From the NCBI GenBank assembly GCA_013239625.1, contig MU054187.1, positions 15,950,941 through 16,014,940 of the forward strand: a stretch of DNA of 64,000 nucleotides, in the 5' to 3' direction. Both the position numbers and the translations under genes were made by a program. How positions within the stretch are numbered: position 1 is the stretch's first letter; every line of letters begins with the position of its first letter. This document shows positions 1-12,624 of this stretch, piece by piece. A model generated the notes under the pieces. The model was not told the origin of the DNA, ran no database searches, and saw only the letters and a program-made list of their open reading frames with translations. The stretch comes from Lama guanicoe. Lineage: Eukaryota.

Positions 1-99
1 CTTGGGTCCAATGCTGAAGTTATAAGTCTCAGTCTAGCTGGATGGCTGGAAGCACAGTTTTTATAATGAAGCAATTTGACCTTGAATCCTTGATCTATC

Positions 100-235
100 A
101 CTTTCTCTTTGTGACCTTTGTAAAGTTGCTTAACACCTCTTCGTTTTAGTTTCCTCATTTGTAAATTGGGGTTATTCATATATATATCTTGGAGGATTTT
201 CATGAGGGATAAGGGTGATAGAGTACATGTAACAA
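100..235 (+). mobile_element. MIR SINE fragment (core region)
   Basis: TGTGACCTTTG..TTGCTTAAC..AGTTTCCTCATTTGTAAATTGGG..GAGGAT resembles the MIR core. Confidence 0.7.
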
Positions 236-1401
236 GAATAATACATTTGAAAAACTTTCTGATAAACACACTGTTGGTGGTCAGCTAATCAGTCTTCTGC
301 ATCTTGTTCACTATGAGGAATAAGCTCTGAGGCTGGATTTGGGAGGAAAGAGGCCATGTTGTACAAGAAGTGGAAAGCCAAAGACTCACACCTCCTGGAA
401 ATACAAAAGAGAGGAGACGGGGGCAAGGAGATCTACTCTTTCTAATTCTTGAGGATTATAGGAGAAAGAGGAAGAACGAATGGAGAGTGACAGAGATGAG
501 TGTGACTGCCCAGAGATACATTTAGGGATAGAGTGAGGACAGAGTAGAGGTATTTTGCCCCTTATGTTTTGGATTCAAGGAGGAGATTATCATACAGGTC
601 ACCTGCTGTACAAATCTGGTTTTGTTTTGTTTGAAATTTTTTTTTCAAAGTATGTGTACAGAAATAGCACCTACATGAAATTTCACTACCTACCCTTAGT
701 GCCAAGTGGTATGAACTGGACAAGAAATTCTTACCTACCTATTAGAAAAGTACTCAGAAGGTAACTGAGCATGTACAAGCAGATTATTATGGGAGCCTGA
801 TTAAAAGTAGCCTGGAGAACTTTAGTTCACACTGCCAAATCTGGGCTAGTAGAGGGAGACATGGCCAGATGGGTCTGTTACAAAAATGGAGGTGAGACTG
901 AGATAGCAAAGGTAGGCCACCAGATCCTATTTCACCTGAAGTTTCCAATCCAACTCTTAACACCAGGAGTCAAATCTTGTAAGCAAGCACCGCAAGGGTA
1001 TTCAAATACTTAGGCATTGTAGAAACGTCACTGTGGACCTGAGGGAGCTAATGAACAATGACTATGTCCAAAGATCTCTCCTTCTCCCCTTCCATGAAGA
1101 CAGAGTAACTCCATTTCTATTCATATTTCATCAGTACAAGGCTTTACCTAAATGCAAGCAGAGCTGGGAATTATCCCCCAAAAGCAGTCATTTCCCTGTC
1201 ACAACACTATTTCATGGAAGAAAGAGCCTAAATGTTGGTGGACAGTTAGCCATCTCTGTCACATAACATATCCTCTCTGTACACTGCATGTGGAATATGG
1301 TATCTTTCAGGAGCGCATGTAAGGTCATTTTACTTACTTGGCTTAAGTAGAGAAGATGTCTTCATCTGTTTTTCCAGATGAAGGACAGAACTTAGAATTA
1401 G

Positions 1402-1442
1402 AAAACAAAACAAAACAAAACAAAACAAAACAAAAAACAACC
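1402..1442. repeat. (AAAAC)n microsatellite
   Basis: Tandem AAAAC units seen directly. Confidence 0.9.
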
Positions 1443-1629
1443 AAACAGACAGACTACAGCATCAAAAAAGGATACTGAGAGTAAATAGAAGATATGGAAG
1501 ACCATATTTTGATTTTCTGGACATTGGTTTATAATAACAATATGGGTTAAATCCTGAATAAGAGCTAAGTTTAATATCTGAATCTTGGGAAGAAATATGT
1601 TTGGCAATGATTTTGTGATATTTTAATTT

Positions 1630-2780
1630 AACTATTTAACACTTTTGTTAAAGGCATAATGTACATGCTAAAAAAATTGACACATTTTAAATGTACAGTA
1701 GGATGACTTTTAGTAAATTTTAAATGTTACTCAGCATAACACAATCCAGTTTTAGAATACTTCTAATGCTATAAGAAGTATGGAACATCACTTAACAGAC
1801 TATCACTGACCTGGTTTCTGTATTTATAAAAGTTTTACCTTTCCTAGGAATTTTATAAAAATCAAATTATACAATCTATAATCATTTATGTTTTGCTTCT
1901 TTCCCTGAGCATAATGTTTCGAGATATATCTGCATAGCTTCAAATATCAATGGTATTCTCCTTTTTATTGTTGAGTGATATTCTATTTAATGGATATAAC
2001 ACATTTTAGTAATCTATTTACTAGTTAATGGACATTTGGATTGCTTCATCTTGGGGGATATTATAAAGAATGCTACTATGCACATCCATATACAAGCTTT
2101 TACGGACATGTTTTCGTTTCACTTTGGGTAGATGTACAGAAGTGGAGCTTCTGGGTTATATGGTATGTATATGTGTAAGATTTTAGGAAACTGTCAAACC
2201 ATTTTCCAAAATGACTGTTATATTTTGCATTCCTATCACAGATAGATGAGGGCTTCATTTTCCTATATCCTTGTGCAACTTGATATTGTCAATATTCAAG
2301 ATTATAGCTATTCTAGAGCATCTGTGATATCACTAAATAATTATGTTTTTGCATATTTTTATATGCTCATGAGCGATTTAAAAATCTTCTCTAACACAAT
2401 ATCTATTCAAATGCTTTTCCCTTTTATTATGTTTTGTCTTTATTTTTTAGTTATAAGACCACTTTATATCATGCCAGGGTTTTGGCACCAAAAAAAAAAT
2501 TCACTTTTTATCTTCTAGACAGAAGGCTTTTATCAGTTATATGTTTTCTAAGTGTGTTCTTCTAGTTTGTAACCCCCTTTTTTTTCATGTTCTCAACTGT
2601 GACTATTGAATAATAAAAGCTTTTAGTTTTTATGAAATCCAATATATCAATATTTTCCCTCTGAGGCTCATGTTTTGGTGCTATATCTGTGAAATTTTTG
2701 ACATATCCAGAATCACAAAAATTTTTCATGTGTTTTATTTTAAAAGCATTATTTTAACTCTTATATTTAGGTCAACAATA
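1630..2780 (-). mobile_element. Old L1M (L1MA/L1MB-like) 3' fragment
   Basis: Antisense L1 3'-end motifs: TTTTAAATGTACAGT, GGACATTTGGATTG, GAAACTGTCAAACCATTTTCCAAAATG. Confidence 0.7.
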
Positions 2781-2849
2781 TGTTGATAAAATAATAAAAT
2801 TTTTGAAATACGCTTGACAATACCTTAAAGAAAAGAAACATATGTATTT

Positions 2850-3930
2850 ATAGGAAAAATCAATTTCATAAAATATTTCCCAGATTATCTATAATAGAGT
2901 TTAATGCCAAAAAAAAGTTCACCAATTTTTTAATAATGACCTTAACAAACTAATGCCAAAATTAGTAGGAAAAACAAGGTCTAATAAATCCCCTTAAAGA
3001 AGTGTGAGTGACTTGACTTTCAAAATATAAAATTTTATTTTAATGCTATAGTAAAGACAGTGTGGTGCTGGTTGGTAATAGAAAAACTGACCAGTGAAAT
3101 AAAATAGAAAATCTAGAATAGACTCTCATACATATGGAAAATTAGTAACTGAAGGAAATTGTATTGTAGGTCAATGGTAAAGTGAGAGACTCTCCAATAA
3201 ATGGTTATCCATATGGGAAAAATAAAATTAGATACCTATTTCTCATCATATATACAGTGACCCAAAATAGTTAAACAGTTAATGAAAAAGACAATAACAA
3301 AAATTTTGGAATAGAATACAGAATATCAAAATATTCTTAAGGTAAATATAATGTTTTAAAGGATTTCAGAAAGTTCTAAATACACACAGAGGTGATGTAT
3401 TAAGTACTCTAATAGTAAGAAACTTTTGTCATTGAAAAGATACCATGAAGAATATGAAAATGCCTTCTATAAACAGACCTGGGAAGATATTTATACAGTT
3501 ATCAAATGATTAGTATTGAGAATATATAAAGAATTATTACATATTAGTTATGAAATGACAAGTAAAACACAATGAGAAAAATGGGCAAAGGATGATACGC
3601 AGAAAAATAAACACAGAGTGAATTAGCACGTGAGTTACTAAGCAGCCTTAGAAATAAAAAAAAAAACACAAATGAGGACCATAGTGAAGAGTATTTAACA
3701 TTTACTAGGCAAAATATAAAAATTTTTAATAATGTCATATGTAATGAGGGTATAGACCTATGTGAACTATTATACATTGATGGTCAGAAAATAAAAAGGT
3801 ATATAAATTGCTAGCAGCTTCATGAAAAAAATGTTTTATCTTGTAAAATTCATATAACCTAAAATCCATCAGTTCCATGTCTGGGAATATAACCTAGAAA
3901 AATTCTTTGGCATGTACAAATAGACACAAG
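2850..3930 (+). mobile_element. Old L1ME-like ORF2 3' fragment
   Basis: A-rich degenerate ORF2: GCTATAGTAAAGACAGTGTGGTGCTGG..AATAGAAAATCTAGAATAGAC. Confidence 0.65.
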
Positions 3931-3964
3931 AATTTTTCCTGAATGTCATTTCTTTTTTAAGGCA

Positions 3965-4104
3965 AAGAAAGTGTCATCCCATTACTTCTAACATATTCTA
4001 TTGTCAGAAGGTTCAGCCTACGCTCAAGTGGAGATTATTAAACACAGGCATGGATATTAGGAGGCAGTGATATTTGGGAGCCATTTTAGAAGATGTCTAC
4101 CACA
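3965..4104 (-). mobile_element. MLT1 (MaLR) LTR fragment
   Basis: Ends GGAGCCATTTTAGAAGATGTCTACCACA, typical reversed MLT1 terminus. Confidence 0.55.
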
Positions 4105-4194
4105 ATAATTTTCTAGTATCTATACTGTTTAAAATCTATAATCCATTGACTTTTAATTTTATAATCCATTGACAACAACTCCTATGATAATTGA

Positions 4195-4640
4195 CTTTTG
4201 GATGAGATGAGGGGGAAGGGTCAAATTTCATTTTTCCCCTGTGGATGGATATCCAATTGCCCCAAGCACCATTTATTAAAAAGACCTTCTTTCCTTTACT
4301 TCTCTACAGTGGCATTTTTATCACGAATCAAACATTTATGTACATTTGGATCCACATCTCAATTCTCTGTTTCATTAAATTATTTATCTACTTTGTGAAA
4401 ATACCACATTGTTAACACCCAAATTATTACTGTTATATAATTAGTCTTACAAATTGGTAGTTTAAATTTCCCATTGTTGTTTCCCATAAAGAAAGTCTTG
4501 ATCATTCTCAACCCCTCTCAGTTTCTTTTAAATTTTGTTTTCATTTTTCATTAAATGGGATTGTGTTATATATCTTTAGATAATTCTGTGAGAAAATTAA
4601 CATCTTTACAATACTGAGGCTTTCAACTCACGACATTTTT
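4195..4640 (-). mobile_element. Old L1M ORF2 fragment
   Basis: GGATATCCAATTG..CACCATTTATTAAAAAGACC antisense L1 motif. Confidence 0.6.
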
Positions 4641-7600
4641 AATATAAATTGATTTTATAAGACTCCAATGTCCCATATTAGTACTAGTTCATCATTACAG
4701 CAGGAGACTTGTATATTTACGAAAAATTCATTTCTAGCATTTCTTCTAGACCCCAGTATTATCTTGTTGTTAATATAAGGTTAGGAAAACTGGAACAAAC
4801 AACAAAGTGGAATTAATGTATATAAAATAGATACTGTTGGCCACTGCAAATTTGTGTACCTACACATTTTTGTCTGCTTTTGTCTGGTGTATCTGTCTGT
4901 CCCTCTATGTTAATATACAAACACATACACACACATCTACACACTTAATAGCATTTGTTGTGTTGTTTTCTTTTGCTCAGCTAGCCAGAAAATTCATATT
5001 CTTATTTTGTCTAAAGAATTATCAACCTCAGAAATTATGCATTATAATATTTAATATGGCCAAGGATCTGATTGTTTAGAAAAAACATCATTTTTCAGGA
5101 GAAATAAGATTAGCTAAATTACTATAGTCATTAGGCAAATGACTACTACCATGCAACATTTTACTACCTCACACTAAATATAACTGTTTCTAAAGACTGT
5201 TCATAGTTGCTTTTATGCTTTATTACATTAATTTTAGAATGAAATTGATATAATTGGTTATTAGACACTTCAAGTAAACATTCAAATTAACAAATATTTA
5301 TTGAGTACCTAATAAGCAAAAAGAACTGTATATAACATAGTAGAAGGAATAAATTAAAAAGTTGAAAAATTAAAAACAAACTTAGAAATATGTTCTTGAG
5401 AACCATCTGTTAGTCACGTTGTTTTCATAGTTATAGTCTTTGCAATATTTGTTTTTTACTCTAGTATCAAAAATCCAGCCTAGTGTAATAGAAGTTCACA
5501 GAAAATAATTGAATTATAAAATTAAGTTTGTTTTGTTCCGTATGTAGTAACCCGTTCATATGATGACAGAAATCATAGCACTGTTTTTACATAATGCTCA
5601 AATATTATTAATACAAACTAAATTATAGCCGTGTGATAAAATATATTATTATAAATAAGTTTGTTGATTTAGGGACAACTGAAGAGAAAAGGAAAATTCA
5701 AATCAGAGCCTGAAATATGTAAATCACATCACTGGAACCCTAAACAATTTATCATTGCATTAAAAGAAATAACAAATATAATCCCCTTTTTCCTATAACA
5801 AGTAGGGCAGTTTCTGTGAATCCTAACACCTGGTTATCAGTATTTTAAAGGAAATGTCCATCTGCTTGAGGTTTGTAATGTAATTAGACACATTAGCACT
5901 GTCTCCTTAGTTTGGGAGCAATTTTTATGAGAAACTATTACTTATGAAAGCTGTATAATGTCAGTAACTTTGAATCCACTGCTTAACATAAATACATTTT
6001 GAATTCTAATTCCTATGTGAAGGCTTTGACTAAATGACTTCTCTAGGTAGAATTTGTGGTAAGTCTGTTTTCTCAAAAGATAAAACTGAATTCTTCAGTG
6101 AAGTAAGGGGCCTCTACTAGCGTTGTAAGTCAAAGACTACACTTGTTACAAGAAGAACTTTTCAGATACTAGATTAAGAAATAATTTTGCATAACATCAT
6201 TGAGAGTAGTAAGCAACATATTTCAGCTTCTGATTTATTTAAAATTAAAATAAACATAAAATTTTAAAGAAATATTAAAACAATAACATATCTATGATAG
6301 AATTTTAAATGTCTGTTATATGCCAATAGATCATTCAGTAGAAAGCATGTCATTTCTAAGGATATTTAATCATTAAAGATTAAGTGCTTAATATAATTCC
6401 TAATGTTTAATCAGATCTTTTAATTTTTTATTAAATTATAAATCATCATTAAAATTGTTTCAAAATGGCCAAATATTTTACTTAATAAATATAATGTCAC
6501 TATACTCTTAAAACAGTGTTTAGACTCGTATCATAAAAATCTATGGTAGATCAAAAATAATAGATACAATAAATCTTTGCATTCCCTATACTAGCAGCAG
6601 CTTAAAAATGTATCATGTAATAGATCTTACTAGTTAGCTTTTTAAATTTAGTGTTTATTTGAAAAGGAGACTTTAATTTTGAGAAATGCTGGTCTTCTTT
6701 TATATGGCTATTAACACAGCACCCACTAAAATTGACTCTGGAAAAGTAAGGCTATTTCAAAAAAGGTTTAGTAAATGATCCTCAATTGAGTGTTAATGTC
6801 TGTCATTTGGCATATAAAACAATAACTTTTTATTTTCAATTTTACGAAGTCATAAGATAACTTCTAAAGCAAAAAAAAAATTCAAGAAATAATATAATTG
6901 GCAGACTATTTAGAAACATGAAGAACCAAAACCAAACACCAAAACAACTATGGGAAATTTGATTTCAAACACTTTTATCAGAATAATTTTCTAAGGTACA
7001 AGTATTGTCTCTAATCGAAGCACTAAACTTCTTGCACTCTTTTTTCCTTTTTTCTTTTTTGCCACTATGCTAAGGATATATAATTTCTGCTGATTTAAGT
7101 ATCTTATGTCAGGCAGTAAGTATGCAATTAGCTTTAGTTTAAGTGATAGCAGCATGCTATAAATAAGATTCTTAATTGTGTTTGCAAGATTAAAATTCAG
7201 CCTCATTGTTTGTTCCCTTTATTTCTTTGGTGGCATTGTGGTATATTCACATTGCTACCTCTAAATGAATGTCAACTTGTTTTACCTCGACTGCAGCCGA
7301 TCGATACTTCATTAGGCTGAATTGTCTTGTGCCCATGCAACCTTGAAGCTGTGGCTTAATTACCACCCGTATTATGCAGTGGCTCAGAGAGCTGTGCTCA
7401 GCTGTGTCAGTTTTGAAAAAACAAATTTTTTTTAAGCCATGGCATTAGCTATATCTTGGGAAAAATGACCAGTTGGTCTCAAAAATAGTAATATTTGATA
7501 AATTAAGCATTAAGAATTTAAAAAAAATCACGAAATACACAAAAAAGCACAAATACAGTATCAATTTCCAAACTCTTAGCATTTTACAAAACTCTTAGAA

Positions 7601-8259
7601 AGGAAATACAATTTTCATGATCAAACCATTGTGCAGTTAAGATAATTTAAAACTAATGGCAAAATTGCATTCAGATGAAAGAGAGGAGAGGGGAAAGTGC
7701 AGTCAAATGGCAATCATGACAAATGACATCTCTTGTCCAAGAGTCATTTTTCCTCACTAGACTGATTTGTCATCCTCACTTTTGACATTTTTCATCCTGC
7801 TATGAAATCACACTGACAGAATAAGATATTTCTAGACTTAACAGCAGGCCACAGATGATGGTTTCATGCCTCCGTTTATTTATTTATTTAGTTTTTTGGT
7901 TGGCTGTTTCAATTTTTATTTTCAAGTAGCTAAAATCTAGATGTACAAAACTTTGTTCTCACAGAATACTGCCAGTTAAACAATTCCATGGAAGAAGGCT
8001 ATTTTAAAATAAAATATGAAAGGATATGTCATATTGCTTAATTGACAGTAAATCTGTCCCCTGGCCACATTTAAAATGTACCAAAATACCAAAAGTTAAG
8101 TTTGGCATGGTATTTAGTGAATCTAGTAACAGTTCCAGCAGTTTATGCCAAAGTCCTGGAATTGGGATGGTCCCAAGGCAAAAAAAAAAAAAATCAAAAC
8201 AAAGATTGTTCATCACCTCCCAGAGCTACTCCATTTAGATGGGAAATTGGCCTTAGAAT

Positions 8260-8495
8260 TTGCATTAGTTTCCTAGGGCTGTCATAATAAAGTGCCACTG
8301 ACTAATGGCTTAAAACAATGAGAAGTCATTCTTTCACAATTTTGGAGGCTAAATATCTTCGTTCAGGTGTTGGCAGGGCTATTCTGCCTCTCAACCTTGT
8401 AGACGAATCTTTCCTTGCCTCCTCCTAGCTTCTGGTGGGTTGCCAGCAATCTTTGGCATTCCTTTGCTTGCAGCTGCATTCCTTCCACCCTTCCA
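8260..8495 (-). mobile_element. MLT1C-like MaLR LTR fragment
   Basis: TGCATTAGTTTCCTAGGGCTG..GGCTTAAAACAA..CTAGCTTCTGGTGG..TTGGCATTCCTT. Confidence 0.75.
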
Positions 8496-8754
8496 CAGCC
8501 TATGGGTCAATGTAGGCTCAAGACAGCCTACTGAGCTTGAATTTGAGATGGGGTCCCTTTCTTCCTCTCCCCTTCCTTCCTTCCTTCCTTCCTTGAGAAA
8601 CACTCACTGAACAACTACCAAACACCAGAAAAGCTAAGCTAATATTTAGGGACATTTGGATCCATAAGCATTTTCCTTCTAGTTCATCACAGTTTAGTTT
8701 ATAGATGGGGTGTGGGGAGCAAAGAGCTATGTGAACCAAAAAGGTTTCCTAAAA

Positions 8755-8920
8755 TATGCTTCTCAATATCTAGTGAGCCTATATATCATTTGAGAATTTT
8801 CCTAAAAATGCAAATTCTGAGACAGTAAGTCTATTTGAGGGCCCAGGATTCTGCATTGGAAACAAATTTCCAGATGATGCCTACATTAATGTTTTGTGGC
8901 ACACACTATGAATAGCAAAG
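8755..8920. mobile_element. MER5A-like hAT-Charlie MITE
   Basis: TGCTTCTCAA..AAATGCAAATTCTG..GGGCCCAGGATTCTGCATT..CACACTATGAATAGCAAAG. Confidence 0.7.
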
Positions 8921-9562
8921 TTAAAAGGCATGAATAGAGGAGGAAGGATTAATTCTAGTGAAAGAACTGGAAAATTCTCTAAGAATAGGGTTTCCTGTGA
9001 TCTATATATTAAAGAACTAGCAAAAGGTTGTCACATATAGAACAGAGGCAAAACATAAAGAAATGTGCTAAAAGAATGACCTGAATTGCAGTGTGATCAA
9101 AGTGAGGTGTCCACAGTGAAATGGAAGACGATGATACAGTGATAGATGAGCTGCAGCTTTGCGAACCAGGTTAAACAGCATAAACTTAATGCTAGTCAAT
9201 GAAGAAACAGAGTAATGTTTTTTTGTTTTTTTTTCTTGGTGCATTTTTTTTCAAGTTGAAGTATAGTCAAAGAACCAGAGCAATGTTACGCAGAGCAGCT
9301 TTGTGTCAAGAAAAGACTGAATAGCAAGAATCTTCGTTAGAGTTTGTTGAACAAATATTCATTGACTACTAGGTGCCAAGTTCACTTTTCAGTTCATTCA
9401 TGAAGTGCTAGTGAACAAGACAACATCTCACTCCACTGGGACTTGTGTTCTAGTGGGAAGATGCAGTCTTCAGAAAGCAAGTCATCTCTTTCAGAAGAGG
9501 GGCATCAAGGAATCACATGGATTCAAAATGCTGATTAGATGGAAGGAAAGTAGGACACAAGA

Positions 9563-10053
9563 TGTTACCAAACCAAACTTGGGTCTGCTCGCCCACGCAC
9601 AGTAAACCCATCTACCGACACTGGGTTGTAGTGAAGGAAAGTCCAGAGTTTATTGCAGGGCGCCAAGCAAGGAGTCCAGGGCAGCTAGTGCTCAAAACAC
9701 CCAAACTATCTGATGGGTTTCAGCAAAGTATTTTTAAAGGCAAGGTGAGGGAGGAGCGACCCAGGTATGTGATCAGCTCGTGCACAATTCTCTGATTGGT
9801 TGATGGTGAGGTAACAGGGCGGTGTCACAGGAGTTAACATTATCAATCCTTAGGCACCATTAGGTCTGGCGCTGTGTGCTCATGGTCATAAAGTAGTTAA
9901 TTTTTTCCATTTGGTGGGGGTTTTAGCATCTGTAAAACAACTCAGGAAATGTGCCTCAGATACTATTATCTAGATACTTCATAGAGGAGCTAAAATAGAG
10001 GATATGGGAGGGGTCTGTCCTAGGAATGCCCCATAGATTCCTGCTTGGTCACA
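9563..10053 (-). mobile_element. Solo ERV1-type LTR (~490 bp)
   Basis: TGTTACC...GGTCACA termini; reversed AATAAA (TTTATT ~9649) and CCAAT (GATTGG ~9794); no clear TSD. Confidence 0.8.
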
Positions 10054-10567
10054 ACTGGTGCTGTCACCATAAAGAAATGAAACAGATAAATCCATCTGCA
10101 CACATCAAGGTGAATGCACACTTCTGGTGAAGTTTGTGGATAAACTGGTCTTAGATTCTTAGAACAGTAAGCAAATGGAAAGATGAAGCAATCTATTCTA
10201 GGGTAAACAAAAAGTATTATAAGAATCAAATATAATCATTGTACACGACCTGATTCAACTGTGTATCCTATATACACAATAATAATAATAATATGAACAT
10301 AATGATTCACATAAATCAAAACTGTGAAGATAGGAGTTAGAAGGGTTTGGTAAGTGTAAGAGAGCTAATTTTTATTTTCAATTTTAAGAAATCAAATGAT
10401 AATCTCTAAAGCAAAAAAAAACATTTCAAGGAATAATAGAATTAATAGACTATTTAGGAATAGCAAGAAGCAAAAGCAAATATCAAAAGAAACAGGTAAG
10501 AGTTGAAAGTGGCTGACACTGGGGAATACAGCCAAAGCAGGAAACCATCACTGTAAGTCACCTGAAA

Positions 10568-10623
10568 TGTAAATTCATGTGGATTTACTGTTCACTGTAA
10601 ATTCATGTGGATTTACTGTTCAC
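10568..10623. repeat. Perfect 28-bp tandem duplication
   Basis: TGTAAATTCATGTGGATTTACTGTTCAC twice (10568-10595, 10596-10623). Confidence 0.95.
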
Positions 10624-10626
10624 AAG

Positions 10627-11046
10627 TGTTGGTTCACAACCTCGGGAATTCCTTGGTGAAATTCAAAACTAGCCCTCATACATGGAGGACAAGAAGAGAC
10701 TGAAGAAACGGGCAGACCACTCTGAATTGCTAGGCAGCAGTTTTAACAAGCAAGCGAACTTACTGAGGAGGCTTGCTTTAGATGGCTGCAAAATGAGACC
10801 TCCAGAACTCCCGGCCCCAGACTTTAACATAGGGGCCTCACTGGGTCCCGTTATATATTCAGTCCAGATGATTTCAAACAACACATTATCTTTCCAAGGC
10901 TACATCCTTGAAATGGCTCCTAGTGTGGGAATAGTAGGTGAAACGTACATTCCAAGGACAGGGGAGGGACTATGGAGCTTCCAACTGCCCAGGTCCAGCT
11001 CAGGGGTCAACCAGCAATCACATCTTCTCAATGACCCCCTCCAACA
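10627..11046 (-). mobile_element. Solo LTR (~420 bp), family uncertain
   Basis: Inverted termini TGTTGG...CCAACA; GC-richer than flanks; contains the 10682-11056 ORF. Confidence 0.65.
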
Positions 11047-11950
11047 AATGTTTTGAAAATTTTTTATATGAACCACAAGATAATAAACAGGGAGATGTGA
11101 TAAGAGTCTACCTGGCTGAGGAGGGTAAGTTTTCATGACTTGAAGCCTAAGGAGGGACAGGGGAGAGTCCTTCTAGGTGAGTTTATAAATGTAGGTGAGG
11201 GCAAGATAATTTAGGGCATTGTTGCTCATATTGAGGAATTGTATCTGAAAATCAAGGGGAAGCTATCAAAAACTTTAAACTAGGGACATGCAAGTGAGAA
11301 CCAGATTCTTATTAAAAAGGAAGACTCTGGAAGCTGGATGACTCAGGAAGGTGTTGTGTTTTAGGATAGGGGTGATGGTGCCCAGACCAGGTTTGTGTTA
11401 ATGGAGAAGTAGAAATGTCATCACATTTAAGCTCCATTGTGGAGGTAGGAATTTCTGATGGAACTGCTGAAACACACATGAAAAAAAAAAAAAGATGAGA
11501 GCTGAAAGTTACAGAGTTGTAGGAACAGCAGAGATGCCCAAATTCTAGACATTTTTGAAGCAGAATTTGGAGAGCCTGACAACTAATCAGATAATGAGAA
11601 TAAATGTGAAAGTAGAGGATGACACAGATGTTCCTAGCTTTGGATCATGGTGGAGGCAAGGCTATTGCCCCTTCTTGAAATATTGGGACAGATTGGGAAA
11701 AACCTGGAAGGCATTTTCTTAATAAAAAGCCAATTATTTCACTAGAACTATCCTGATACCAGTAAGTGATGAAGCAACACAGTAATTTTTGGAATCTTTC
11801 TACAACTTTCAAATGAAACCTGTTGGAAATTAATTTGCTTAAATTTGGTGTCCTTACACTAGATTCAGTGCCCAGGTTGTTAAAATATTATATAGCAGAA
11901 GGATTGTTATTCTCTTAATCTTATAGGCTCCTGAAATTAAAATCAGCTTT

Positions 11951-12459
11951 GCCTCTCCAGGAGGCTCTCCAAGATCACCAGCTGGGTCTGACCCAGGCTC
12001 CTTTCAAATGACTACTTTTGCTCTGGGTCTTGGAGCATGTTAGATTTTGTGTGCACCCTTTATAAGTGGAGTCTCTATTTCCCATAGCCCTCTGGCTCCC
12101 CTGAACCTAAGCCCACCCTGGCTTTCAAAGCCAAATGTTCTGAGGGCTCATCCTCCTGATACAAAACTCCAGGCTGGAGAGCCTGATGTGGGGCTCAGAT
12201 TTCTCATCCCTTGGGAAGAACCTCTGCAATTGTAATTACTCTCTCTTCTGTAGGTTGTCTACCCAGAGGTATATGTCCTGAGTGTACTGCAACTCTGCCC
12301 CTCCTACTCATCTCAACTTGGTTCCTTCTTGATTTTTACCTGTAGATCTTTTCTGTTAGGTTCTGGACTTCTTCATCGATGGTTGTTCTGCAAATAGTTG
12401 TGATTTTCATGTGCCCATGGAAAGAGGTGAGCTTAATGTCTTCCTGCTCTGCCATCTTC
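11951..12459 (-). mobile_element. L1 5'-UTR fragment
   Basis: Minus strand begins AAGATGGCAGAGCAGGAAGAC (L1 5'-end-like); no ORF1/ORF2 adjoining. Confidence 0.65.
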
Positions 12460-12587
12460 TAAGCTAGAGAAGACCAAAAATGCATCTAGAGTGGTGGTTC
12501 TCAAACCTTCTATGAAATCCCTGATGGTGAGTTATTACTATAGAGTTTTGTTTTGTGTAATTGTGAAATGTATTCTTGGAAAATCAC

Positions 12588-12624
12588 GTGTGTGTATGTG
12601 TGTGTGTGTGTATGCACATGTGTG
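12588..12624. repeat. (TG)n-type microsatellite
   Basis: Imperfect TG run seen directly. Confidence 0.8.

Noticed and set aside
10568..10623. CRISPR-like palindromic 28-bp repeat
   Set aside because: Two abutting copies, no spacers, no cas genes, mammalian context
10682..11056. 124-aa ATG-initiated ORF
   Set aside because: Lies almost entirely inside the TGTTGG...CCAACA solo LTR; no recognisable domain
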